A stretch of 64,000 bases of DNA, taken from NCBI GenBank assembly GCA_038045385.1, contig JBBSYE010000001.1:42165-106164 (forward strand). The letters run 5' to 3'. This document shows, piece after piece, positions 49,823-59,234 of this stretch. A program made the translations under genes and the position numbers. Position 1 is the first letter of the stretch. Each line of letters begins with the position of its first letter. The stretch is from Nanobdellota archaeon. GTDB lineage: Archaea; Nanobdellota; Nanobdellia; Pacearchaeales; GW2011-AR1. The notes beneath the pieces were generated by a model. The model ran no database searches. It worked only from the letters and a program-made list of their open reading frames with translations, and was not told where the DNA came from.

Positions 49823-50256
49823 TGAATTTCTCCTAGAACATCAAAATCTCCAATAAAAACTCCAACTTTCATTAACAAACTCACCTTACTTTGCCCATGC
49901 TGTCCAGTAAAAGCGTTTTCAAATCCAGAAGAAGTTCCACAATAATTCAATATCCTATTAACTCCCCCAGGATGCCTCGGCAAATAAGAAGTTATATCAT
50001 ACACTTTCCCTTCAAAAGATACCCAACAATCATCTCTTGAATTATGTTCTCCAAGGGCCGAAGTAGTTATTGCATTGCTTAAAGGCCCTACATTTTCTAT
50101 TGTTTCATTAGACACATTAACATCCTCAAGAGGTCCAGAAGTTCCAGAGTCATCAACAACATCCCGTTCCTGATTCATTCTAATAAAATAAACCGAATTA
50201 ATAACAACAAGAAATATCAAAACAGCAAAAATAATTTTCACGTTCACAAAAAACAA
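49819..50256 (-). CDS. Membrane-anchored cytochrome b5-like heme-binding domain protein
   Basis: N-terminal TM segment, then DDCWVSFEGKVYDITSYLPRHPGG with the HPGG motif. Confidence 0.65.
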   Translation of the reverse strand: MFFVNVKIIFAVLIFLVVINSVYFIRMNQERDVVDDSGTSGPLEDVNVSNETIENVGPLSNAITTSALGEHNSRDDCWVSFEGKVYDITSYLPRHPGGVNRILNYCGTSSGFENAFTGQHGQSKVSLLMKVGVFIGDFDVLGEIQ

Positions 50257-50380
50257 AATTCAAGTTAGGTTTTAAACGTTACTAATATATCCAGATATAT
50301 GCCAGCAATAAGCTCATTTTCAAAGAGATAAGTTTATATTTGCTCTAAGATAATATTACTTATTCATAAAGAGGTAAGAG

Positions 50381-50902
50381 ATGAATTCCAAGGATAAAAA
50401 AGACTATTTATTTTCAATTTTAAGAATTCTCATCGGGCTTATTTTTCTCTGGGCCTTTTTTGATAAGCTTATAGGATTGGGCTTCGCAACCTGTCTAAAT
50501 ACAGAAACACAAAAGCTAGAAATTATGTGCGATAAAGCTTGGCTCAATGGTGGCTCTCCAACTTTCGGCTATTTGAGCTATGCAACAAAAGGCCCCCTAG
50601 CCGGCTTTTATCAATCTCTCGCGAGTCTCCCAATAGTTGATTGGCTCTTTATGTTCGGTCTTCTCGGAGTTGGCTTAACGCTCACATTTGGATTCCTAAT
50701 CAGATTCGGTAGTCTTGTAGGTGCATTAATGCTCTTCTTAATGTGGACAGCAGTATTCCCTCCAGAACATCATCCTTTTGTTGACGACCATATTATAAAT
50801 ATTATAATACTTCTCGGACTCGCATTTATCAATACTGGCAAAAATTGGAGTCTAGGAAATTGGTGGTTAAATCTTTCGTTTCTTTTCAAAAAGATAATAT
50901 AA
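50381..50902 (+). CDS. DoxX/DoxD-like membrane protein
   Basis: ILRILIGLIFLWAFFDKL with four TM helices. Confidence 0.55.
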   Translation: MNSKDKKDYLFSILRILIGLIFLWAFFDKLIGLGFATCLNTETQKLEIMCDKAWLNGGSPTFGYLSYATKGPLAGFYQSLASLPIVDWLFMFGLLGVGLTLTFGFLIRFGSLVGALMLFLMWTAVFPPEHHPFVDDHIINIIILLGLAFINTGKNWSLGNWWLNLSFLFKKII

Positions 50903-50982
50903 CTCCCAACATCTTTTGCCTTTTTCATCACATAAGTAGAAATTGGAATTAATAAGTATTACTTATTAGAAGCATTATCTAA

Positions 50983-51642
50983 TTATTTTGTAGGCACGTA
51001 ACGCTCGCCTTTCTTTTCAAGCTCACGTCGCGCAAGTTGTTGAAGAAACTTTGGTCCTCTTGTTAAAAGTAATAAATGAAGAACCAAATTACGTGCCCAA
51101 ATAGGAATCAAACCACAATCCTTATTGTAAGCATTGACAAATCTTCTATGATGAGGAGAAATATCTTTAAGCACATCTTCAGCAACAACCGCATTCTCAA
51201 TAATCGCACCATAATGTGCAAACGAGTCCATAGAACGCGGTAAGTGATATCTGCTTGTTATGAGCGTCATATCACCAAAGAACTCTCTTTCTCTAAGAAG
51301 ACCCATGGTAAATTCCGCATTTTGAGTCGTATCAATAGAATTTTCTTCCAAGGCTATATGTCTAGGATTAATTCCATATTTGCGAATTGCAATATCTCCC
51401 AGAACGCTTGATAAAGAAGGATTATTTGCGCCATTAATCTTCCCGCCAGCAATAACCACAAGCGCAGCCTTTTCAGATTTACTATCCATAAAATCATGAT
51501 AAAGTTTAGCTCCTGCTGCAATACGCATATGTGCTGCTAGGTCAGGCTTCCAACCTATCTTTCTTTCAGGCGCTCGCATCATCCCATTAGTTAAAACTAC
51601 AATCGCCTTATCATATCTCATGAAAATTAACCCAAATATCAA
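50983..51642 (-). CDS. DUF218 (YdcF/ElyC-like) domain protein
   Basis: ALVVIAGGKINGANNPS...TTQNAEF...LITSRYHLPRS matches the DUF218 core. Confidence 0.65.
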   Translation of the reverse strand: MIFGLIFMRYDKAIVVLTNGMMRAPERKIGWKPDLAAHMRIAAGAKLYHDFMDSKSEKAALVVIAGGKINGANNPSLSSVLGDIAIRKYGINPRHIALEENSIDTTQNAEFTMGLLREREFFGDMTLITSRYHLPRSMDSFAHYGAIIENAVVAEDVLKDISPHHRRFVNAYNKDCGLIPIWARNLVLHLLLLTRGPKFLQQLARRELEKKGERYVPTK

Positions 51643-51669
51643 CTTATAAATCTATCCTACTAGCGTTAA

Positions 51670-51978
51670 TTATAATGTTGCTATCAAAAAAACAAATGCT
51701 ACAATAGTTATCAAAAACAGCATTCCAATAGTATATCCAAGCAACCAAACGGCATCATTCTTTTTTCCGTCCAGATATAACATTACAGGTTTTCCAAGCA
51801 CCAAGAATCCCGTAATCGCTGCGGAACAGACAAATAGCAAAAGCATAGCAATTGGAATAAGTATAGTATCTGGTTCAGAGGAAAAAGTCTGAAGAGAAAA
51901 GATAAAAGAAACTACTAAGAGAATATATGCCGTAGTTCCAAGTGAGTTAAGAATCGCTCTTTTTATTATTTTATTCAT
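51670..51978 (-). CDS. Small integral membrane protein
   Basis: 102 aa with three TM helices. Confidence 0.4.
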   Translation of the reverse strand: MNKIIKRAILNSLGTTAYILLVVSFIFSLQTFSSEPDTILIPIAMLLLFVCSAAITGFLVLGKPVMLYLDGKKNDAVWLLGYTIGMLFLITIVAFVFLIATL

Positions 51979-52010
51979 AATCCTCAGTATCTTTAATCTT
52001 TATATAATTT

Positions 52011-52268
52011 TCAGCGATGCTTGCATCCAGCCCAACAGCAAGGTCTGCGCTTTCCATTGATAAGATCTTCACATACTCTCTGTATATGATACTCCCTTGT
52101 TTCCGGCTTTTTAACAGAGGTAACCCAGCAAATCCACTCATTATGCGCAAGTGGCGTAAGACTTTTCCAGGCTTCCATAACCTTCGCGTTAGAGCCCATA
52201 GCTTTTCGTAAATCTGCAGGCATTTTATGCATCGCTTCTTTAGATTTTTTCATAGTAATTAGTAGCAA
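52011..52268 (-). CDS. YdeI-C-terminal-like small protein
   Basis: AHNEWICWVTSVKKPETREYHIQRVCEDL resembles the YdeI/YdhG C-terminal pattern. Confidence 0.35.
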   Translation of the reverse strand: MLLITMKKSKEAMHKMPADLRKAMGSNAKVMEAWKSLTPLAHNEWICWVTSVKKPETREYHIQRVCEDLINGKRRPCCWAGCKHR

Positions 52269-52382
52269 AGGTTTTATTTAAAGAATACGCCGGGATATAT
52301 ACATGGTGAAAAAAGTGTACGCTTTATAAAGAGGGATTTTCTCGCTTTGTTAGGTTGTAGAATTTGATAACTTTTCTTCTAT

Positions 52383-53948
52383 TTACATATAAAACATATA
52401 ATGCGTTTGAAGTGGAACGTTCCTATCTGCTTCGGATAAAATCTCTCCTACTTTCTTTGAAAATGCCAAAGTTATAGGCATTTCTGTACAAAACGCAGTA
52501 GTATTCCAATTTAATTTAGTTAAACCTAATATCTCTTCACAAATCTCTTTTATTTCTGAATCTCCATCATGATTAATTAAAACTGGTTGAGGAATACTAT
52601 TTCCTGGATAAGTTCTTAATCTTGGGATATACCCTATAGTGTACAATAGATGCTCTCCTTTATCCAGATTGATAAGCGTACCTCTTAACACAGGGTAGGA
52701 TCCTTTTCTCATAAATCTAATCCCCTTCCTTTTAGACAATGTAACGTAATCTCTTTTTGCAGTACCTATCGCTTTAGAGAATCCATTTTTTTCAGCTTTG
52801 GTAAATAAAGTAGATTTATGGACAACAACTCTCACTGGATCTCTTCCGGCCCTATTCTTATATCTTTCAATGGATTGAACTAATAACTCCTCCGCCTGTT
52901 TCTCAGATAAATGGGGTTCTTTGGTTTCTTCATCGACATAAACTTCAGTTCCTCTTAAAACCAACCCTTGTCCATCATGTGTAAAAACTTGAGCCATGGA
53001 AGTCTGAATATCCTGATTTGATGTTAATTTATCTCTATAAAAAGAAATTCCAACATAACAAGTATCGTCTCTAAGTTTTGCTAGCCTCCAAGGTTTTCCG
53101 TTTGCCTTGTAAAATAAAGCTGTAGAAAAATTCCAAGCAAAGGAAGATGGGTCCTGTTTTCTTTTACCAGCAGGATCATAATTTAGTATAACGTCTATAG
53201 TAGATTCTCTTAAGATTTGTATAGGCTTTGTTGGACTGATGCTCATCACTTTTCCTTTTAAAGCATTTCTAAAATCATAACCTTTTGGAATTTGCTGACT
53301 AGGAGATTTCATAGTTACACCCCACTCAGTTAGAAACATTTGGCTTTTCTTCTTTAGGTCATCTATCTTTTTCCCCAATTCAGACGTCTTGACTATTTTA
53401 GCTCCTCTCGTTCTAAGAGATATCCCGCAATATTCCTCTATCTCTTTCGGTAGACAGCAGATAATAACTTCCGGAGGATTATCATCCGCCATTATGTTTT
53501 TTATCTTAGACAGATATAATTCTACTGCTGAACCTATTCTTTCATTTACATCTATAATGTTTTTTATTTTTTCAATTTCATATTGTTGAACGGTCTCTTG
53601 CCAATTCTTAGCAATGTCAATAGAACAATTAAACTTTGTATCTTTAGACATGCCTGGATAAGGAGGATATAGCCACTTATTTGATTCTTTGTTTTCAATT
53701 GGTTTTTTTATCAGGTCAAGTATTTTTTTAACCTTCTCTATGGTGTTACTGTCTCCGATTATGCCTACAGAGACTTTGCTTAAAGAAACGCTTTCTGTTT
53801 CGTATCTATAGGGGCCATGGTATTTTAGTCCTAGTCGAGGGTCTTTTTCTTCCTTAAAGTCTCCAAAGACAAGATTACTCTCGTTTAGAAATTCTGAATC
53901 AAAAATCATTTTCTTCCTCCATGTGTTCGATTTCTTCACTATCTTCAA
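52383..53948 (-). CDS. Short prokaryotic Argonaute-like protein (MID-PIWI, predicted catalytically inactive)
   Basis: 521 aa. The block ALFYKANGKPWRLAKL..TCYVGISFYRDK matches the Ago KxGGxxW to GxDVxH segment, with the catalytic Asp replaced by Ser. VRVVVHKSTLF matches the RDG block, with RDG replaced by HKS. HLLYTIGYIPRLRTYPGNSIPQPVLINHD matches the PIWI C-terminal ...R.TRSVSIPAPAYYAH motif. Confidence 0.6.
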   Translation of the reverse strand: MKIVKKSNTWRKKMIFDSEFLNESNLVFGDFKEEKDPRLGLKYHGPYRYETESVSLSKVSVGIIGDSNTIEKVKKILDLIKKPIENKESNKWLYPPYPGMSKDTKFNCSIDIAKNWQETVQQYEIEKIKNIIDVNERIGSAVELYLSKIKNIMADDNPPEVIICCLPKEIEEYCGISLRTRGAKIVKTSELGKKIDDLKKKSQMFLTEWGVTMKSPSQQIPKGYDFRNALKGKVMSISPTKPIQILRESTIDVILNYDPAGKRKQDPSSFAWNFSTALFYKANGKPWRLAKLRDDTCYVGISFYRDKLTSNQDIQTSMAQVFTHDGQGLVLRGTEVYVDEETKEPHLSEKQAEELLVQSIERYKNRAGRDPVRVVVHKSTLFTKAEKNGFSKAIGTAKRDYVTLSKRKGIRFMRKGSYPVLRGTLINLDKGEHLLYTIGYIPRLRTYPGNSIPQPVLINHDGDSEIKEICEEILGLTKLNWNTTAFCTEMPITLAFSKKVGEILSEADRNVPLQTHYMFYM

Positions 53949-55353
53949 TTTCTAATCTAAACTCTGAAGATGGAATATCAAAAAGGATTCCTTTTGAAAC
54001 TTTAGTAGACGAAGGTTTCGAACTTATTTCTAAATAGTCTTGTACTTTGATATTTTCTCCCTCACCAAGTTGGTGTATCCAAAATAAAAGAGTATTAAGA
54101 TACATACTGTTGTATCTATTATAGGAAAGACGAGTTATTACTGCTCCCTCCTCCGGCCCAGAAACAACTCTTTTTCCATCATCAGTTATAACAAAAGTTG
54201 GGTTTATTTTAAGAAATAATCTCTTATTCAATATAATTGTACTCGCTTGAAAAGCCATATGACAATAAATATATCTTTTCAGTTGCTCAGCCCACATTCT
54301 ACTCGCCACTTGCCTATCTGATCGAACATATCTCCCAGCCCAACTTTCTTTTCTTTTTTCAGAATTAGATGGATAATAAAGTTTGTAGCCATCACGATGA
54401 TAATATAAACCTCTATTTATTGCTAAAAAAGTTATTTCTTTGTTAAGTAGTTCAATAATAATCTTTGATTTCTCTGGATCATCTAGCCAAGATTCAACTA
54501 GTTCTCTCGAAGCCGAGCTTGTAACTAATCCCGAATAAGGATTTTTACTATCTTGTAGATTCTCAAAAGTAACTATTTTTTTATTCCAACTTTTAAACTT
54601 TTTATAGAAGTCTGGTCTTATACTTCTCTCATACAAGTATTGTTTAATTGAGACATCATCTTCAAACTTACCCTCTCCTAGAAAAACGTATTTAGGTAAT
54701 TTTATAATCTCAAATAAATTACTAAAAATTTCTTCTTCTACATCATCAGGTTCTCCGCTCAAGACAGAAGTTTGATAATCAGTCTTTTCTATTCTCTTCT
54801 TAATTATTTCAATTTCGTAAGAAGTTGGATGTATGCTTTGAGTTCCCCTCCTATAAAATAATTCTCCTTTCTTGAATACTGATTTTGGTTTCCCATCTTT
54901 GTCATATTCACCATCTTTCTTTGGAACAAGCAGAGAACGAGAAGGCGGTATGTAAATATAAGCAAACCTCTTAGGAATGTTTCCTATCTCAATAATTTCT
55001 TCATGATAAAGTATCTCTAAAGGCTCATCAACATATGAATTGAATTTTTCTTGAAGAGTTGCTTGATCTACCTTATAATCTTCTCGGAGGCCTACAGGGA
55101 TAGGTTTTCGTTTTTCATCTTTCCAACCTATTAAAATCCAACCACCTCCATAATTACTGAAAGCTAGTATATCTTTTACTATCTCGGGAAAGTCAGATCC
55201 TTTTGAAACATCTATTACCAGCTTATAGTCAAGGTAAGGATTTTCAGATTTTTCTTTAAGATAATCTAATGCGTATTGCCCAAGTGGCGAAGACTCAACA
55301 TTGTCTATAACCACTTTCATTACAGGTTTTAAATTTACCTCTTGTTTTTCCAT
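53899..55353 (-). CDS. AlbA_2 (Schlafen-core-like) domain protein, putative pAgo-associated effector/partner
   Basis: 484 aa. N-terminus YLDYKLVIDVSKGSDFPEIVKDILAFSNYGGGWILIGWKDE matches the AlbA_2/Schlafen-box consensus (ExK...AFANT.GG.I.IGV.D). The gene overlaps the PIWI gene by 50 nt. Confidence 0.6.
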   Translation of the reverse strand: MEKQEVNLKPVMKVVIDNVESSPLGQYALDYLKEKSENPYLDYKLVIDVSKGSDFPEIVKDILAFSNYGGGWILIGWKDEKRKPIPVGLREDYKVDQATLQEKFNSYVDEPLEILYHEEIIEIGNIPKRFAYIYIPPSRSLLVPKKDGEYDKDGKPKSVFKKGELFYRRGTQSIHPTSYEIEIIKKRIEKTDYQTSVLSGEPDDVEEEIFSNLFEIIKLPKYVFLGEGKFEDDVSIKQYLYERSIRPDFYKKFKSWNKKIVTFENLQDSKNPYSGLVTSSASRELVESWLDDPEKSKIIIELLNKEITFLAINRGLYYHRDGYKLYYPSNSEKRKESWAGRYVRSDRQVASRMWAEQLKRYIYCHMAFQASTIILNKRLFLKINPTFVITDDGKRVVSGPEEGAVITRLSYNRYNSMYLNTLLFWIHQLGEGENIKVQDYLEISSKPSSTKVSKGILFDIPSSEFRLEIEDSEEIEHMEEENDF

Positions 55354-55402
55354 AGAAAGAGGATTAATTGGCTATGTATAAACTTTTCTAGCCTAGAGAA
55401 TA

Positions 55403-57304
55403 TTATTCAATTATATCTAGAAAATGAGATCTCTCGTTCTCTCTTCCCCAACCATTCTCATCGTAGTGTGTGATAACAAGAGAATTCTTTGCTCTGGAAA
55501 TAGCTACGTAAAATAATCTTAGTTCACTATCTCTCTTGTTGGTATCTAGCTCTTTAGTATAGAACGGTAAAGTTTTCTCATTACAGGAAATAAGAAAAAC
55601 GTGTTCCCATTCAAGTCCCTTCGCACTATGTATTGTACTGAGAATAACTTTGTCTTTTGTTTTGTCTTTTTTGTCTAGTTCAATCAGGCTATCCAAAAAA
55701 TCTTGTATCTGGTCCTTAGCTGGACCATATTCCTTAAAGAGTTCCTTTAAAACGTCAATGTTTTCTATTTTATCTTGTAATCTTCCAGGCTCCTCTCGAT
55801 ACTTATTTACAATTCTGGTCCTATAACCAAAGTCCTTTAGAAAAGATGAGATTGGATCTTCTTTAAAATTAATAATTAAGTCTTTTAATTTTTTAACTTG
55901 GTTTATTTTATCCTGGCTTAATTTAACTTCATCATAAAAGTCTAATGCCTCTATTAATGAACAGCCCCTTGTTAACGAGATATCTTCAAACTTTTTGACA
56001 GTTGTCTTACCTAAACCATCAAGTAAGGTAAAAATTCTTTCAAAATCAATAATAGAATGCGGATTGACCTTTAATTTTAGGAAAGCAGTAATGTCTTTTA
56101 TTTCCTCTCTTTCAAAGAAGTCTTTAGACTTAGCTAAATGACAAGGAATTTTATTCTTTTTCAACTCACGTTCAACGTCTTTTCCTATTCTATTGGTTCT
56201 AAACAAAACTGCTATTTGGTCTTTAGGAGTTTCCTTACTAATTAATTCTTTAATCTGATAGGCTATAAATTCAAGTTCTTCATCAAAATTAGAGAAAGAT
56301 TCAATTGCAACGTTCCCAGCATGGCTCTTAGTGCAGTTTAGTTGTTTGTCTATCTTAAACTTCATAGAGCCTATAACTTTATTGACAGAATCAATAATAT
56401 TCTTGCCAGAACGATAATTTTCTTTTAAGAAAATAGTCTTCTCGTTTTCGCTGAAATCAAAAACGAGTTGATTTGAAGATCCCCTCCATTCATAGATATT
56501 CTGACAATCGTCTCCAATAAGACATAGGTTGTTGTTCTTCAATAGATTAAGAATATTTTTTTGAACAACATTGAGATCCTGAGCTTCATCCACCATAATA
56601 GCCTTAAATCTTTTTGCATACTTTTCCCTTATTTCTTTATTCTTATCAAATAATTTATGAGTTAAGATAAGAATATCATCAAAGTCTATTAAATTTCTTT
56701 TTTTCAGTTCTTCCTCATATTTTTTATATACTTTGTTCACATATTTTCTTAAGTTTGGGTCTACTTTTATAATATCATCATCGAGAGCTTCTTCGACAAC
56801 ACCACCTTGAATATTGTCATCCAGGCTTGATTTTTCTGATAAGTTTTCAGCAAGAATACCTCGACTTTTGAATTTTCCAATCCAACTAACAAAATATTTC
56901 AGATTGTCTCCCTTGTAGTCTATATTCTCTCTAGTCATTATTTGTTTGACTATCTTCTTTTTATCAGCTTCATCATCGATTAAGGTAAATCCCTCGGCTA
57001 AGGAAGTAAATTTAACATTATCTCTTAGTATTCTAAGAAATAGTGAATGCATAGTCCCAATGTAAGGAGGTTCAGATCCCGTTCTTTCAACAATTTTCTT
57101 TACCATATCTTTAGCTGCCTTATTAGTGAATGTAGTCATCATTATTTCTCTCGGCTTGTATCCATGATTTTCAATCATATTTACATATCTCTCTACAATC
57201 GTTGTGGTTTTTCCGGTACCTGCACTTGCCATAATTAGGAGATTTCCGCTTACAAAATTAACTGCCTCTAATTGGTCTATATTGAGCTTTTTTACCTGAT
57301 TCAT
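55403..57304 (-). CDS. UvrD/Rep-like SF1 DNA helicase
   Basis: 633 aa. LLIMASAGTGKTTTIVERY (Walker A), FTNKAAKDM, VDEAQD, and the C-terminal YVAISRAK motif VI. Confidence 0.8.
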   Translation of the reverse strand: MNQVKKLNIDQLEAVNFVSGNLLIMASAGTGKTTTIVERYVNMIENHGYKPREIMMTTFTNKAAKDMVKKIVERTGSEPPYIGTMHSLFLRILRDNVKFTSLAEGFTLIDDEADKKKIVKQIMTRENIDYKGDNLKYFVSWIGKFKSRGILAENLSEKSSLDDNIQGGVVEEALDDDIIKVDPNLRKYVNKVYKKYEEELKKRNLIDFDDILILTHKLFDKNKEIREKYAKRFKAIMVDEAQDLNVVQKNILNLLKNNNLCLIGDDCQNIYEWRGSSNQLVFDFSENEKTIFLKENYRSGKNIIDSVNKVIGSMKFKIDKQLNCTKSHAGNVAIESFSNFDEELEFIAYQIKELISKETPKDQIAVLFRTNRIGKDVERELKKNKIPCHLAKSKDFFEREEIKDITAFLKLKVNPHSIIDFERIFTLLDGLGKTTVKKFEDISLTRGCSLIEALDFYDEVKLSQDKINQVKKLKDLIINFKEDPISSFLKDFGYRTRIVNKYREEPGRLQDKIENIDVLKELFKEYGPAKDQIQDFLDSLIELDKKDKTKDKVILSTIHSAKGLEWEHVFLISCNEKTLPFYTKELDTNKRDSELRLFYVAISRAKNSLVITHYDENGWGRENERSHFLDIIE

Positions 57305-57362
57305 ACTAGACTTTAGAGATTGTCTACTTTCTTAAGTTATTCTATCACTAATATTAAATCTC

Positions 57363-57638
57363 TTAATAATTGAACACAACTTGACTTTTTGAGAAAATAA
57401 CCCTGCTTCTTACCTTTACTTCTTTTCCGACTTTTGTCTTTGATATGAGGCCTAAATTTTCAAGCATCTTAACATAATCGGCCACTTTAGTGTAGGCTAG
57501 ATTCAGGTTAGACGCTAGCTCAGTAATACTGAGATCCTTATGTTGGGTGAGTTCAAGGACAGCGAATCGCATCATGTTTGACATGGCTTTTATTCTATCA
57601 TACACTTGAGGGTTCTTTAGGGTTGTTGAGGTTGTCAT
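57363..57638 (-). CDS. ArsR/winged-HTH family transcriptional regulator
   Basis: 91 aa. FAVLELTQHKDLSITELASNLNLAYTKVADYVKMLENLGLI is a wHTH motif. It is the first gene of the helicase-AlbA_2-PIWI operon. Confidence 0.6.
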   Translation of the reverse strand: MTTSTTLKNPQVYDRIKAMSNMMRFAVLELTQHKDLSITELASNLNLAYTKVADYVKMLENLGLISKTKVGKEVKVRSRVIFSKSQVVFNY

Positions 57639-57703
57639 TACACCAAATTTAGGGTAATTTTATATATTAACATAGTTCACCAAAAATGGTGTAATGTTCT
57701 CAC

Positions 57704-59124
57704 ATGGAAACCTCTACCATCCTCTATCCTCAAATTTACGATTATGATAACCTTATTTTAGCCTGGCAAAACGCCAAAAGAGGAAAGACAAAGCGAAGAT
57801 ATGTAAAACGATTTCAAAGAGACCTTAGAGAAAACTTGATTAAATTACAGGAAGAGCTTACTCATCAGACCTATCAACCGTGTGAACTAAAAACATTCAC
57901 GTTAAGAGACCCTAAAACAAGGAAAATATCAAAATCAGCCTTTAGAGATAGAGTTGTTCATCATGCGCTTTGTAATATTATCGTTTATACCTTTCAGAAG
58001 GGATTCATCTATGACTCGCACGCAAATCAAATAGGGAAAGGAACGCTCAAAGCTTTAGAGCGATTTGATGTTTTCAAAAGAAAGGTATCTAAGAACAATA
58101 CAAGAGAGGCTTATGTGTTAAAAGCAGATATTAAGCACTATTTTGAAGAAATTGACCATCAAATCCTTATAGGAATATTACGGAAGAAGATTAAAGATGA
58201 AAAAATTATCTGGCTCATAGAAAGAATCTTGTCAGTTAACCATAGGATAAAGGGCATGCCTTTGGGAAATTTAACAAGTCAGTTCTTTGCGAACCTATAT
58301 CTTAACGAATTAGATGTTTTTGTCAAGCACAAATTAAAGGCTAAATACTACATAAGATATGTGGATGATTTTGTTATTTTGCATGAATCAAAGGAGCAAC
58401 TAGGTAAGTGGAAGCAAGAGATTAATACTTTTTTAGATGAACGTTTGAAAATAGAACTACATCCAAGCAAATCAAATGTTTTAAGACTGAATAGTGGTAT
58501 AAACTTCTTAGGTTTCAGAGTTTTTTCTATCATAAACTTATAAGAAAAAGCAATTTAAGGAATTTTGAACGGAAATTCAATAATCTCAAAATATTATTTG
58601 ATGAAGAACTAATCGGGAGAGAAAAAGTACTAGAAGCCTTAGAAGGATGGCTCGCTTATTGTTCTCACGCAAATACGTACAAGTACCGAAAGTATCTCAT
58701 TAGAAACTTCAATACATCGTTTTCTCATGGAAACAAGCTCTTAGTTCACAATAAAAAGAATTATGCCAATTACATTAAGAGAGTTAAAGAAAGTGAATTA
58801 CAATTTTCAGTTCAAAAGACATTATTTCATTATAAGAAAGGTCTCAGAATAAAAGAAATCTCGGTCAAAGAAGGAATAAAAGAAGCAACAGTCTGGGGAC
58901 ATTTGGCTAATTTAATAGAACATAAACAACTTTCAGTGTGGGAAATTCTTCCACATAATAAAATCCATGCAATTATAAGAAAAATATATCGTAGAAAAGA
59001 AAGATTGCGAGATATCAAAAAGAGATTGCATGATAAATCAATAACATACGATGAAATTGCATGCGTGATGGCTAATATTAAATCAAAAAAGAAGTGGAAG
59101 AATAAGAGTCCTGGAAACAAGTGA
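57704..59124 (+). pseudogene. Group II intron-like reverse transcriptase/maturase, interrupted by a frameshift in a T6 run (~58523..58528)
   Basis: RT motifs 0-7 are present (NLILAWQNAKRGK; PKTRKISKSAFRDRVVHHAL; SHANQIGKG; YVLKADIKHYFEEIDH; MPLGNLTSQFFANLYL; RYVDDFVIL; LHPSKS; INFLGFRV). With T6 to T7 the frame continues ...FRVFFYHKLIRKSNL...EALEGWLAYCSHAN... (maturase X-like) to a stop at 59122..59124, about 472 aa. As sequenced the RT ORF stops at 58543. Confidence 0.65.
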
Positions 59125-59234
59125 GTTATTCCGAGCAAACGGCCATTGTCATTGTCAAGATTGTTCCTGCCGTTCGCATTCGACCTGTTCTCGAGCCTGT
59201 TGACAATCCACGCCCCAGAGCATAGCCCATTCAC
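59125..59234 (-). pseudogene. Fragment (~35 codons) of a paralog of gene 59964..60755
   Basis: 59131..59216 is about 80% identical to 60128..60213 at nucleotide level (DxDNGRLLGI vs DYDDGRLLGI). The fragment starts 7 nt after the RT stop. Confidence 0.5.

Noticed and set aside
58830-59234. 134-aa minus-strand ORF (MNGLCSGAWIV...)
   Set aside because: Only the first ~35 codons (59125..59234) show homology, as a fragment of a paralog of 59964..60755. The rest is low-complexity antisense of the RT/maturase C-terminus.
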